Source of the DNA: Octopus sinensis
Taxonomy: Eukaryota
Assembly (NCBI RefSeq): GCF_006345805.1
Contig: NC_043000.1
Coordinates: forward strand, 72,850,001 to 72,914,000
DNA: 64,000 nt
Direction of reading: 5' to 3'
The translations under genes and the position numbers were made by a program. Under the pieces are notes generated by a model. The model saw nothing but the letters and a program-made list of their open reading frames with translations. It had not been told where the DNA came from and did no database searches. Every line of letters begins with the position of its first letter. Position 1 is the stretch's first letter. Below are positions 12,788 through 25,088 of the stretch, in pieces.

Positions 12788-13278
12788 GTAAACCTTTATT
12801 TTAAGAAATTTTTTACCACATTTTAATTGTCAATATTTTGCTTATCTTCTGTTGCCTTATTCCCATATGTGTACATTCAGATCCTACCTCAAGAAGTGTA
12901 CATATGTCAAAATAGTGTACTCAAGGATGATTGGAGAATAAAGTGACTAAAATATAATGTACCATCATCAGTCAGATGAAAGTCTTTGTGGCAAATTTTT
13001 TTATAGCCAGCTGCCCTTCTTGTTGCTAACCCTCATTTGTTTCCAAGTAAAGTAATTTAGTACTTAGAAATACTGTAAGTGAGGTTAATACCTTAAAACC
13101 TTTTAGTTACAACTTATTTTAAAAATGTAGATATATGCAATGAATATTTTGCTAACCCTTCAAATAAAGTTCAATCAGTTTCATTCTTTTTTTTTTTTCA
13201 ATTTCAAATATATATCACTTGCTGTTTCAACCTAAGCTAGAGAAGTTAGGATCAACATGCTTCAAAATATATTTGTAT

Positions 13279-15678
13279 ATCATCATCATCATCATTATCA
13301 TCGTTTAACATCCACTTTCCATGCTGGCATGGATTGGACAGTTTGACTGAGAGTGTAGTGGGTGCTTTCTATGTGCCACCAGCACAGGAGCCAGTCAAGT
13401 GGCACTGGCATCAGCCACGCTTGACTGGTGCTTTTTACATGCCACCAGCATGGATGCTAATCAAGCAGCACTTGCATCAGCCACACTCAAATGGTGCTTT
13501 TTATGTGCCACCAGCACAGGTGATAGTCAGGCCGCACTGGCATTGGCCGCAACTATGATTTCACTTGGTCCAACAGTTTTTCACAAGCACAGCATATCAG
13601 TCAATGATTGAAGGGTGCTTCTAAACAGGCCAGTTGTGGAACACTGGCATCAGCCACGACTACGATCTCACTTAGCTTCCCAGGTCTTCTCAAGCACAGC
13701 ACACTTCAAAGGTCTCAGTCACTTGTCATTGAATCTGTGAGGCCCAATGTTTTTAAAAGTCATGCTTCATCACTTCATTCCATGTCTTTCTGGGTCTACC
13801 TCTTCCACAGATCCCCTCCACTGTTAGGGTGTGACACTTCTTCACACAGTTGTCCTCATCCATATGCATCACAAGACCATACCAGTGCAGTCGTCTCTCT
13901 TGCCAACCATGTTTTTATGTCCAACTTTTCTCTCTGGGCTTTTACACTGTCGTGTGTGCACACTGACATTACACATCCAGCAGAGCATACTAGCTTCATT
14001 TCTTGCAAGCCTATGCATGTCCTCAGCAGTCACAGCCCATGTTTCACTGCCATGTAGCATAGCTGTTTGCACACATGCATCATACAGTCTACCTTTCACT
14101 CTGAGCTACAGGCCCTTTGTTACCAGCAGAGGTAGGAGCTCTCTGAACTTTGCCCAACCTATTCTTATTCTACCAGCTATGCTCTCAGAGCATCCACTCC
14201 ATCTACTGACTTGGTCATGTAAGTAACAGAAGCTATCAACCACTTCTAGTTTTTTCCCATGGCATGTGATGGAATCTGTTTTCTGTACATCTTTGGTGTT
14301 TATGGCACCTGTGCATCTTCCACACACAAAAACTATCTTCCCAGTTAACCTTCCTTTGATATTACTGCACCTCTTATGTGTCCATAGCTTACACCAGGTA
14401 CATCTTATGGATTTTATACCTATGCCTTTTCCACAGATCAAGCGGGACTATCTACCTGAAGGGATTTGTGATTTTTCAGCCTTCCTATGTACTAAAACTT
14501 TGGTTTTTGCTAGGTTAACTCTAAGGCACTTTAATTCTAGACCTTGCTTCCATACCTGAGACTTCTTTTCTAGTTCTGGTAGTAATTCAGCTAGAGGAGC
14601 TTCCTGGAGCAGCCTGTCTTGAATTCCTCTATTATTTCCTGGAGGACTATGATGAATAAGAGGAGGCTGAGAACCAATCCTTGGTGAACCCCTACTTCTA
14701 CCTGGAATTCTTTGCTTTACTCATTACCAACCCTTACCTTACTGACAGCATCCTTGTTCATAGCTTGTACAGCTCTCACCACTCACTTATCTACCCCTAG
14801 TTTCTTCATTGATCACCAGATAAAGGATTGGGGGACCCTCTCAAAGGCTTTCTCCCTATCAAGAAAAGCCAAGTGCAAAGGTTTATCTTAGGCTAGGAAT
14901 TTCTCCTGCAGCTGTCTTACCAGAAATATAGCATCAGTGGTGCTTCTCCTTGACACAGACCCAAACTGCATCTTATCTAAACTAACCCTCTCCCTGATTA
15001 GTTGGGCTGTGACCCTCTCCACGACTTTCATCACTTGATCCAACAATTTGATATTTTTGTAATTATTTCTATCTAATAGAATTTCTATCTTCACATTTGT
15101 AGCAGTTGACTATGGTGCTGCTACACCAGTCATTGGGTATGACTCCTTCATGTGTCACCTGGCTAACTATACAGGTAACTAGACTATAGCCTACACCACC
15201 AGATATTTTAAGCATCTCAGCAGTTATTCATGATGGGCTGGGAGCTTTCCATATCTTTATGCCCTTAATTGCTTTATCTACCAAGGTACTGTCAATTTGG
15301 ATAGCTGGTCCCTCTGTTGGGTCAACATGTGGCAGACTCTTTCATTCATTCTCTTAATTTAGCAACCGTTCATAGTGGCATCTCCAAGTCTCTTGCTTTG
15401 CAGTATCATTAAATGCAACTGAGCCATCATCCATGCAGATACATTTCTCTCCTCTGACATCATGATTTTCTCTCACACACCATCTTGCAATTCAAAACAC
15501 TTCAAGTCTCTGGTCCTCAGGAGGCAGAACATTGGCAAATTTCTTCTTATCTGCTTCCCTCCGGCTATGTAAACCTGTCTCCTAACTTCCCTTCTGGCTA
15601 TCTGATACAATTCCCTGCTACCATCACACTTCCAGTCCTTCCAGCCTGTTTCTTTTCCCTAATGGCCCTGTCAACTAC
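13279..15678 (-). mobile_element. RTE family A, 5'-truncated, decayed
   Basis: RT fragments STTDAIFLVRQLQEK, MLHGSETW, PHD-like Cys/His cluster, (GAT)n tail. Confidence 0.88.
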
Positions 15679-16353
15679 AATAAACAAATAAGTAAAGTAA
15701 AAGTAAAATGCCTTATGAAAACAATTGTCTATGAAGGATGAGGATATATCAGTAAAAATAATTTCTGTACGTTGTGGTGATTTGGAACCAGTTAATTTTT
15801 TAATATAAATGTTTGCACATTTTTCTATTCACCAAATTTTGGTTAATTTCAAACCATCATTTCCACTATTCTATTGGGTCATTGCAAGTAAAGCAAGATG
15901 CAGAATCCCTTGCAAACTAATACTGCCTCTTTTTAAGGAATTGGATCAATAATTCTGAAGAAATTTGTCATTAATTTGGATGGAATGTAACAAAATTTTC
16001 ATTTGTGAAAATAATGATTTTTTACTCTAAAATGTTGAAAATTATCTATTCTAACAGATGTGGGATTTATTATTGAAATATTTGAGCCTGATTGAGTGCA
16101 ACAAAATAAATAATTCTCAAGAATTCTCACATGGAATTCACTCTACTGCATGCAGTCAGACTAGACCTACATTTTGAGTTCAGCAAACAAACTGATATTT
16201 ACACTGTTGGAATTTTCTTTTCTTTTTATAGGTTTTGCTGTGATTTACAGTTTTTGAAATCATGCAGTTTCTATATATTGGCAGTTGCTTATCTCCTTCA
16301 TTTTTATCAATAGTGTTGTTACAATAAAAGGTATGTTTACGTAATCGAGTAGT

Positions 16354-16635
16354 CAGGAAGAAAAGAAAGGTTAAATATTCACAGAAAATTGTAGATATTT
16401 AAGTTTTTTTTAATTTTCTAAAGATGATCATTTGTGTGTCTGATCAGAGAAAACTACAGTGTTCTTGCAATAAAAGGAGGAAAGGAAATGTTAGGTATTC
16501 ACTGAAAATTGTAGATATTTAAAGTTTTTAAAGATGATTGTTTGTGTGTCCAGAACAGAGTAAACTGTAGATATGAAAGTTTTTAAACTTATTTTGAAGG
16601 AAATTTAAAATACTCACAGGAAATTGTAGATATTC
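16354..16635. repeat. Degenerate ~120-bp tandem repeat
   Basis: attcacagaaaattgtagatatt-like core three times; aaagatgat..tttgtgtgtc twice. Confidence 0.6.
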
Positions 16636-16750
16636 CAGTTTTGGGAAATTATTTTTTAGTTGTTCTACTGGGTTATATTAGAGCTTCTTTGTCTTTAGGT
16701 GACTGGTCAGAGCAGTGAAGAACACATCCAGCCACTATCAAGGCTACCAT

Positions 16751-16752
16751 TA

Positions 16753-16802
<50 letters not shown>

Positions 16803-16843
16803 TTTCTTCTTCTTCTTCTTCTCCTCCTCGTCATCATTATTAT
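16751..16843. repeat. (ATT)n-(CTT)n microsatellite
   Basis: Seen directly. Confidence 0.95.
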
Positions 16844-16847
16844 TGGC

Positions 16848-17068
16848 AAGGCGGCAAAATCGTTAGCATGCTGGATGAAATGCTTAGCGATGTTTCGCCA
16901 GTCACTACATTCTGAGTTCAAACTCTGCCAAGGTCGACTTTGCCTTTCATCCTTTTGGAGTCAGTAAATTAAGTACCAGTGAAACACTGGGGTCGATGTA
17001 ATCAACTAGTCATCTCCCCTCAAACTTCAGGCCTTGTGCCTTTTAATAGAAAGGATTATTATTATTAT
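16848..17068 (+). mobile_element. tRNA-derived SINE with (ATT)n tail
   Basis: B-box-like gagttcaaact, central gtcgactttgcctttcatccttttggagtc..aagtacc domain, (att)n tail. Confidence 0.75.
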
Positions 17069-18890
17069 GTGATGAAACTCACTGCTTATTTTGCTGGGTA
17101 TGATGGAAAGTGTCAGCTGTCCACAGCCAGCAGACTAAGGTGACACTTGTTCACTGGTCATACTTCAAGAACTCTGCAAAGAATTCTTGCAGTTCTAAAC
17201 AATGCTGGTTTTTGTAGCTTCACACTTGCACCAATCTTTTTTAACCATGTTGGTAGTTGAGTGCTAGTACTTCGAAGTGTACCAATTACTATTGGTATCA
17301 CATCTACAGAGTAGATGTGATACCAAAATCCCTGTACACCATCAGGTCCTGCTGCTTTCCAATTGCTTATCTTTTCACTCATATTTCTGATATCATCTTC
17401 TGTGAAGTGGATAACCTCTTGCTGGGGATAAGAAGTTGTTTGCTTCAGGTTGCAGAGCCATTCAGCTGTAGCATTATGTTGTTCTTGCTTACTCCATATC
17501 TTACCCAAGAAAAGTCAACTTTTATCAGCATCAGGGACTAATATTTCATGTTTTTTATGATCATTAATCTCTTGATAAAATCTTTTTTGTTCAGTTCTAA
17601 ACAATTTGTTTTGCCAGTATTGTTTAATCCGTTATTCAAATCTAGTTAGCTTTGCTTCAGTTTGCAATGCTTCAGTTTTTCAGTTATCTACACCATACTT
17701 CTTCCTAACTTTTTCGAATTTACACTCATTCTTAAATTCTCCATTTCTTTTCCTGACAAGAATTGACACTACACTATTCAAGGAGTTTATATCTTCTGAA
17801 ATTCTCCATGAAGGTTGTTTATTTCCTTTTCTAGCCATCGCTGTTCTGTTCTTAGTAGTTCTCAATCCTATCCTGTACACCACAATCCTACTAGCAGCCT
17901 GGATAAGTTTATTTGTTTGTGTGACGTCTTTTGTTTCAAAGTGTCTCAATATATTATTGACTTTACTCGCCTCTTGATTTAGTCTCCATTGGTTAGCCTT
18001 CTTTAAGTCACACATAAATTCTGTCCCTTCTTTATCTAATAGATCCAAAATTCTGTCTATTATTAATCGATTTTCATTGTTTGAGTAGTCACTAATCTCA
18101 ATTCTTTCACAGTTCATGGTAGCATATTCTTGCGAACAATTACCCATTCTTCCACTATACCACTTTCGTTTCTTGCATGCCCAGAATTACCTGATATCCT
18201 TCTGTTAATAGCTTCTAGCTCCAACCCTGTTAACCATCCATTCTTTCATATTGCACTTGCATGGTCACATAATCTCTGGTCAGTAATTTCGAACAGTTCC
18301 ATTGCTTTCCATGCACTGTGCATTTGTTTTCTGTACTCTCTGAGAGGAATGCCATTCACATCCACTGGGATGCTGCAGTAGTAACACTCCATAACCATCA
18401 TGTTTACTTGTTTACTCCACTTATGTCTTGTAGCATGGCTAACAGTGGCTGGATTACGACCAAGCCCACTCTGCTGCACAGTGGGACACCTGCCTTCACC
18501 ATTGGTTCCAGTGCCATTCACACCATTATTGTCAAGTTTTTGCTTGGCATTTTCACTCACAAATGAGGTGTGTTTTTAGGTTACTACCAGCCAGTATTTT
18601 TATCAAGACACCATCTCTATCAAGATAGTCTGCCAAGGCGGCAGGGCCTTACTCCCCTGGTTTTTGAACTCAGGGTGGTCCTTCTCCTAAGCTGCTTTCT
18701 GTCCAAGGCTAATGAATACAGCCTACCCAGAGCACTGGTTATTTGAAGGCACCAGATACTCACCTGTTCCCACTCTTCTCCTGTTGGTATGACAGAGGAG
18801 TTGGGTTTGACTGTCAGGGAATTGGTGTTGTGCAGGCCATTGAGGCATTTTATAAGTAATGGGTGCTCAACTCCCCTCACCACCCCAGCA
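17069..18890 (-). mobile_element. Dong/R4-clade non-LTR element with the RT core internally deleted
   Basis: N-terminal WSKQVNMMVMECYY..ITDQRLCD; NWKAAGPDGVQGFW fused to C-terminal VIPIVIGTL..LQKPALFRTARIL; 3' end in an (ATT)n tract. Confidence 0.8.
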
Positions 18891-19415
18891 GTGACAGAAA
18901 AAGATAAAACAAAAATGAGAGAAAGAAGAGAAAGATTTTTACCATGCGGGGTAAAAATTTATTTAATTTATTGCTGTGTCTTAAATGTAAAATTGAACTT
19001 AACTATCCCATCCTCAAATTTAATTAATTTCTCAAAAGTAACTTTTACTCCACGAGATAAATTCTCATTCCCCCTCTCTAATTCATTCCTCACTCTTTCT
19101 CTCTCTTTCCTCTTGCTCTCTCTATCTGTTTCTCCCTCTCTCCAAAGCACAATTTTCAACTGTTACTGATACATGCTAGATGTTTATTTACAATCAAGAG
19201 AGTCCCAGTCAAAACTCCGTAAGCTATGATCCTAATATATAATACAAAGATATATCTAAAAAATATATGAGATGTCTCTGCAACTTTTAATTTATTTAAT
19301 TTGTTGCTGTGTCTTAAATGTAAAATTGAACTTAATTGTCCTGTCCTCAAATTTAATTAATTTCTTGGAAGTAAATTATTATTATTATTATTTTTATTAT
19401 TATTATTATTATTAT

Positions 19416-19970
19416 TGAGTGAGAGAGCAGTGCATGCCATCAAAGTGACACTGGGGTAAAATATACAAAGCCCAGTATACCCATCATGACTACCCGTCTG
19501 ATAAGAGTACACGAGGCACATGCATCACAACCATATGTGCGTGACATGGTGATCTCATATGAAGATAAATAGCACATAACCTTGCAGGTGGGGCCCAATT
19601 AGAATTTTCTTCTGGTCGAGTAACCCATCCTGCTCAAAGGGTCCCTGAATAAGGATTGTTTAAGGATGTTGAACAAAACACCCATGTTTCCAGAGGTGAA
19701 TTATTCAAACCCCAAAGAATCCCTCTCAACACATGGCTATGATGCTCCCCCACCACTTCTGCTCGTGATCAGAGATGCACATATCGTCAGCCATTTAGGG
19801 ACATGCTCAATTGGTTAAGGTCAAACAACTGACAAGCAAATCTGTGATATTGAGCAGAATATTTGCTGTAGCCCATCTTTTATACCAAGACAAAACAATG
19901 TACGTGATAACACTTCCAATCAGTTAAGATCAGAAGCCATGAGAGCCACTGTCTGGTACTGCATCAGGGC

Positions 19971-19972
<2 letters not shown>
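19416..19972. mobile_element. ~560-bp non-coding interspersed repeat inside (ATT)n, possibly a non-autonomous Dong/R4 partner
   Basis: Sharp complexity change, (ATT)n on both sides, no ORF; assignment is inference. Confidence 0.4.
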
Positions 19973-20040
<68 letters not shown>

Positions 20041-20593
20041 TCTGCCTAAGTGAAGGCAGAGGTATTGTTTTCAGTCATGTTTGTTTGTTTGTTTGTCCAT
20101 GGACAGTATATCTCAAGAACCACTGGATGAATTCAGATGTTTGGCCTCGTGACTGGCATGAACTGATTAGATTTGGGGGTTGATCCGGTACCTGACAGAC
20201 TCTAGATTATTTGTTATATTTACTTTACTTTACATGATTACGATTCTATGTTAACTTTGAAGTCTTTCTCAATTATCTCTCTTTAGGTTGTAACTATTTT
20301 GAATGGTGAATTTGTTAACTTTGGCTTGTCTTAGATAAGGATAAACTATTTATTACTATTACTAAATTTTCTAAAGCCACTTTCACATTCCATTGGGATC
20401 GATCAGGTATTGGACAGGGATTTAGGATTATTTTTCCATTTTTTTTACTTAATTTTTGGGAGTGGTCGCATTCGTTTTTAGTATTCTCATTTGTGAGAGC
20501 AGTTGAGTTTGTTTCAGATATTCTCATTTAAAAAATCATCTCTGGCTAATCGTTGAGAGGATGTTGGTGTTGCCCTAGCAGAGGTCTGTGCTC
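20041..20593 (+). mobile_element. Helentron/DINE-type non-autonomous element
   Basis: 5' hairpin tctgcc..ggcaga, (gttt)n, ctgattagatttgggg..gatccgg core, 3' ctagcagaggtctgtgctct subterminal repeat. Confidence 0.6.
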
Positions 20594-20904
20594 TTATTGT
20601 TGTTATTATTATTATCATCAGCATCATCATCATCACATAACTTTCAATTAAGAAATAACTAGAGTACTATGAAAAGTAGAGGTCAAGTCACACTTCAGAC
20701 TTTATACATTGAGATGAAGCATAGAAAGAATTTAGTATATTCTTTCCATGCTTCATCTATAACAGCAAACATAAAAAGTATTTGTTTTATTTTTCAATTT
20801 TAACAATTAAGCAATTCTAACACTATCATAATTACTTATTTACATTCAGGGAACATTTGCTTATCATTTTATAAGCTAAAACACAATCTACATTTTTTTT
20901 CTAG

Positions 20905-21006
20905 TGTGCAAATGAAGATATAGAACATGGAACTGAATGTTTACATTTAGTTCAAAAGTATACCAATATTAATGCATTTCTCATTGAGGGACCACCCCTT
21001 TGGAAA
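20905..21006 (+). CDS. CRPPA: CRPPA/ISPD exon C (102 bp): [34 protein letters not shown]
   Basis: Polypyrimidine + ctag acceptor, gtaagt donor; GTECL and LWK motifs of animal ISPD. Confidence 0.93.
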
Positions 21007-21650
21007 GTAAGTATTAAGTAACCCTACAAACTAATATTTAAATGAAAAATTGTACTCATCAAATCAAAATAAAAATCTTGTTTATTCTTACTTAAGAATC
21101 TATATCTTTCTTTGCCTGAATATCATTAACTTTTAAGGGAATATTCATTTTCTCCTCGACTTTTTCACCTCACATATATAAATAACTTTTCCTAATGCAA
21201 GAAATCTGATAAACTAATGTGATATATGTGAAGACCTTATGCTAGATCAACTTCCTTGATTGCTTCAAAAATGGAATTTTTTCCATATATCATACTGTTT
21301 CAACTAACTGGATATAGGTGATACCAAATTTTTCCTTAGCAAAAATGTCATTATCTTCATCATTACTTCAGTTGGTATATTAAAAAATTCTGAACTTAGA
21401 ATTTGTTGATCAATAACTTAAATTCTAGTTTTATTCTCACTCTCAGTTAGAAGTAACTACTTAACATGATTTATATGAAAAAGTATTATTACATAAATAT
21501 TATTGGATTATACATAAAAACTACAATATTTTAAAACAATATAGTTGTCTCAAATCCAACCCAACTAGCTTTTAATGAACAGCAAAATTATACAGCTATA
21601 CAATTTCATTAGTTTTTAATCCCAGACATAACAGTAACCTAATTCTAGAA

Positions 21651-23110
21651 CAGTGGTTCTGAAGCTTTTCAAAAAAGTTTACATGCCAGTCCCGTTACAG
21701 ATTTTTTGTTGATTCATGGTCCCCTATTGAATGTCGGGCAATTAACATGGAAAAAAATTACATACATTTGTGTACCATAATTTCCAGAATATGAACTGCA
21801 CTGCCCATAGACCTGCAACCCTGAAAACCACAACTTAATCCATGCAATACCCCTTTGAAATACAATAAATACATGAAAATATAGGAAATCAGTTGATCAA
21901 TTGGTTACAAGACAAATGAGAAACAAAAACAGTCCAAAAATATCCCCAGCACCCAGTATTAACAACTGCATGAGACCCATTTGTGCCCATTTGGTAGAAA
22001 GAAACTGCGGGTCATACACTGAAAACTACAGTATATATATGTACATAACTGTGATTCTTGAGCTTTTAGCATTACCTTCCCCTTTCACCATGTTTGGGAT
22101 GCTATTCCTCCCCATTGTCAGGCCATTCCTCATATTGATTATCCTATGGGTGTATTTCAACTAATTTAGGGAAGACCCTGTTTATTGTTTTCTTCTCAAA
22201 AGCCATCTCACTTGTGAATGCAACAGAAGCATTCCGAATTCAGAATCACTTTCTTTGCACAACTTGACAAATAGATGGGAGTTGAGTGCTTTCACTTTGA
22301 TGAAGTTTACTGCTGTAATCAAGTAATTCAGAACATTTTTTTAACTCATCAGGCATGTTTTTCACCATTAGTGCTTGTCAATGAATTGTGCAGTGTGTAC
22401 CAATAGCACCTGGGGATTTTTCTTTCGCCAAAGTCTGAAAATGGAAACAGCAGCCAAGCATTGCCAAAGTGTCATCAGTGACATGCTCTCAGTTGATATG
22501 TGCCTCAAAAATTTTGTCCACTTTATTAAATATTTCTCTTGCGGTTGTTTTGGTTCTGAGGGTTTTACAAAACAGGAATTCATCCTCCAAGTGATTGTTA
22601 TATACATAACATACAGAGATGCAAAGTTTGATTAAGTTGGAAACATCTGTTGTTTCATCAAGCTGGAGTGCGAAAAAGTTCAAAAGCAAATTGACAGAAT
22701 GTTATCAGACAGTTCAGTTATTTGTTTGCTAACAGTATCTTTTGAGAGAGAGAGAGACATGTTTCAGCTTCAGAAGTTCAACACTTCTGAGCACATTCGA
22801 TATGTTGTCTCTGCAGCAAGGTAATATCAACTCTTCACTGATTTTGTGGCACTTTTTGGTAACAGCTATTTTCCTTGAAACTTCGTAGGATGCTTTCAAA
22901 CCAGCTGTAATGTCCAGCAAAAACATTCTTGTGTCATCAAGTCTGGACTTCGTCAATCTGTCAGCTTTGCATCTCAAGAAGTCAACATCTCTATTAATTG
23001 AACTGGGATACTTTGTTTCAAAGTGCCACTTTAACTTGCTAGGCTTTAGTGAAGTAGACGCCAAAACCTCGGAGCACAAAACACTGTGGTTTCTTTCTTC
23101 ACTAGACTTT
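21651..23110 (-). mobile_element. hAT Buster/Charlie transposon remnant (transposase pseudogene)
   Basis: TIR-like cagtggttctgaagcttt after ttctagaa; CSEVLASTSLKPSKLKWHFETK, FALQLDETTDVS, EDEFLFC; second TIR not found. Confidence 0.8.
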
Positions 23111-23639
23111 ATCTCAAATAAGATTCATTATATCTCATTTTCTTTTTTGGAGGAATTATATAAAAAGATAAAATTCAATAAACCAATTTAATATAACTAC
23201 ATTGTATATTTATTTCCCATTTGTCATATATTATGGGGTGCACTAATTAACAATAAAGCTTACCTCTCACTATCGATTGTGGAAGAAATCCAAAATGCAT
23301 ATCAATGTTCTTTTGTCTGTAGATAAACCTCTGTGAAATCCCTTATAAAACCCAGCCATCATGCAGGATGACAAAGGGTGTCTTGCAAAGGGAAAAGTCA
23401 TGTGGAAACATGCACTGATGAGGACAACAATGGCAAGAGACATACAAACATGTGGATTGCAATAGTGAAGTGATGAATCACATGAGCATAGAATACCAAC
23501 AGTTCACGCATGATCAACTGTTATACCCACATCGGTTCCGGTCCAAAACTTGTTGCTGGACAGAGTGGTATGAAATGAAGACACCTATTAAGGAGAGAAT
23601 GCTTGGTTTCAGAGAGGGAGTATTCAAGAGGAATAGTAA

Positions 23640-24420
23640 CAAGAGTGAATAAGAGAGGAGTGAATGAAGGAAGGTGAATTAGGTGGGGAAGGGGTGATTG
23701 AGGCAGTGGTAAGCTGGAAGGCGAGAGAAGAGGAAGTGGTAGGTGAGAGGTGGGGTAGTGAAAGGGTTGAGGTGAGGATGGAGTGGATTAGAGGGGGAAG
23801 GGGTGGGGTAGTGGCATCAGCTGGAACAGGATGAAGGAGTGATTGAAGTTTGTAGTGTTTAGTGCAAGCAAAAAAGTCATGGAGAATATGGTTGAGTGAG
23901 CAAAAGGGAGAGGGTTGTCAAGGGTGTGTATTTTGAAGAGATTAGAATGGATGGTGACATGCATAAAGTGACTGGGAATGAAAGGTAAGATGAAAATGAA
24001 GGTGGAAACCTTTGGGAGTGAGGTTGGGGTCAAGGCAGTGACTGAGGAAAGAAACATGGGTATAGAAACAGATATTTTTGAAAACGTATAGGGAAAGGTT
24101 GGAGATAATGTTTGAGATGCTAGTGTAGGTAGAGGAGAAAAATTTTATGATTAGGCATACTGGAATGAGAAAGAAAAAGTAAAAAAGAAAATAAGAGAAA
24201 ATGGCAAAGTTATTTATATACAAGGTTTACAAGAAGCTCAAAAGTTCAAAAAGTTATGGTAGATTGGTATGATACAAATCAACAAGTGTACAGTAAGATC
24301 CATAACAGTAGAGTCCAAAAAGTGTAAGACACCAATGGTAATCAGGGTGGGGTGATAGTAAGGTGGATAAGAAGTATCAAAGATCCAAGAAGAAAGTGTG
24401 GTGGGTGGGGTGTGGTAGAA
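23640..24420 (-). mobile_element. Possible Penelope-like N-terminal remnant
   Basis: HVSFLSHCLDPNLTPKGFHLHF resembles the PLE N-terminal motif; strong purine skew; heavily decayed. Confidence 0.35.
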
Positions 24421-24427
24421 TGTGAGA

Positions 24428-24703
24428 CAAACAAATCCAGCTGCAACATGAAGGATGAGCTGAGGGTCAGGATTACCAGGGCTTTTAGCAGCCTAAAATA
24501 GGAGACAGTGACAAAGGCCTGTGGCTGGTTCTGAGGTCACCTAGAGGCTGTCATCAAGGCCAAAGGTGAGTTCATTGAGTGAGATAGACGGTACATGTCA
24601 CAAAGACAAACTGAAACAAATTTGACTAATATATCTCAAAAAATAAAAACATTTTTTTTTTCCTGAGACAGTTATCATGCAAACGAATACTGTCTGCACC
24701 CTA
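24428..24703 (+). mobile_element. Tc1/mariner 3' fragment
   Basis: KDELRVRITRAF..TKACGWF*GHLEAVIKAKGEFIE* followed by a TIR-like end ..ctgcaccctat. Confidence 0.6.
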
Positions 24704-25042
24704 TGTGTGTGTCTGTAGATAATAAAGAGTACATATTTTTTACACCCTATTACCATGACTGTTCTGTTGATGTCAGTTTCCTTTATATGGTAGACCATTC
24801 CTATTTCAACTACATTCATTGACATCACATAGATGAGATGTAGACACGTCCCCTAGTATATATTTTCACTAGTTTTACTTTCATTAAATTCAAAGTTGTT
24901 ATTCACATCTTTACCTTATTACAATGTTGGTTCTTTTTCTGAAAAAGTTTCTTGTTTTTCACATCATAAATATTTTCTTAGTTTACTGAGTGAGAATTGT
25001 GTCCGAGATATTTTCTTAACATTTTTTTAAAAAATTTTATAG

Positions 25043-25088
25043 GTCACTTTTAGAAAAGACTATTTTGCAGCAGAAGGATGTCTTAAAG
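25043..25088 (+). CDS. CRPPA: CRPPA/ISPD exon D (46 bp): VTFRKDYFAAEGCLK
   Basis: tag acceptor, gtattg donor, phase 0 to 1; completes the IspD KVT..D motif. Confidence 0.92.

Noticed and set aside
23413-23460. Plus-strand ctgatgaggac..aaacatgt hammerhead-like motif
   Set aside because: No helix II partner and no GAAA
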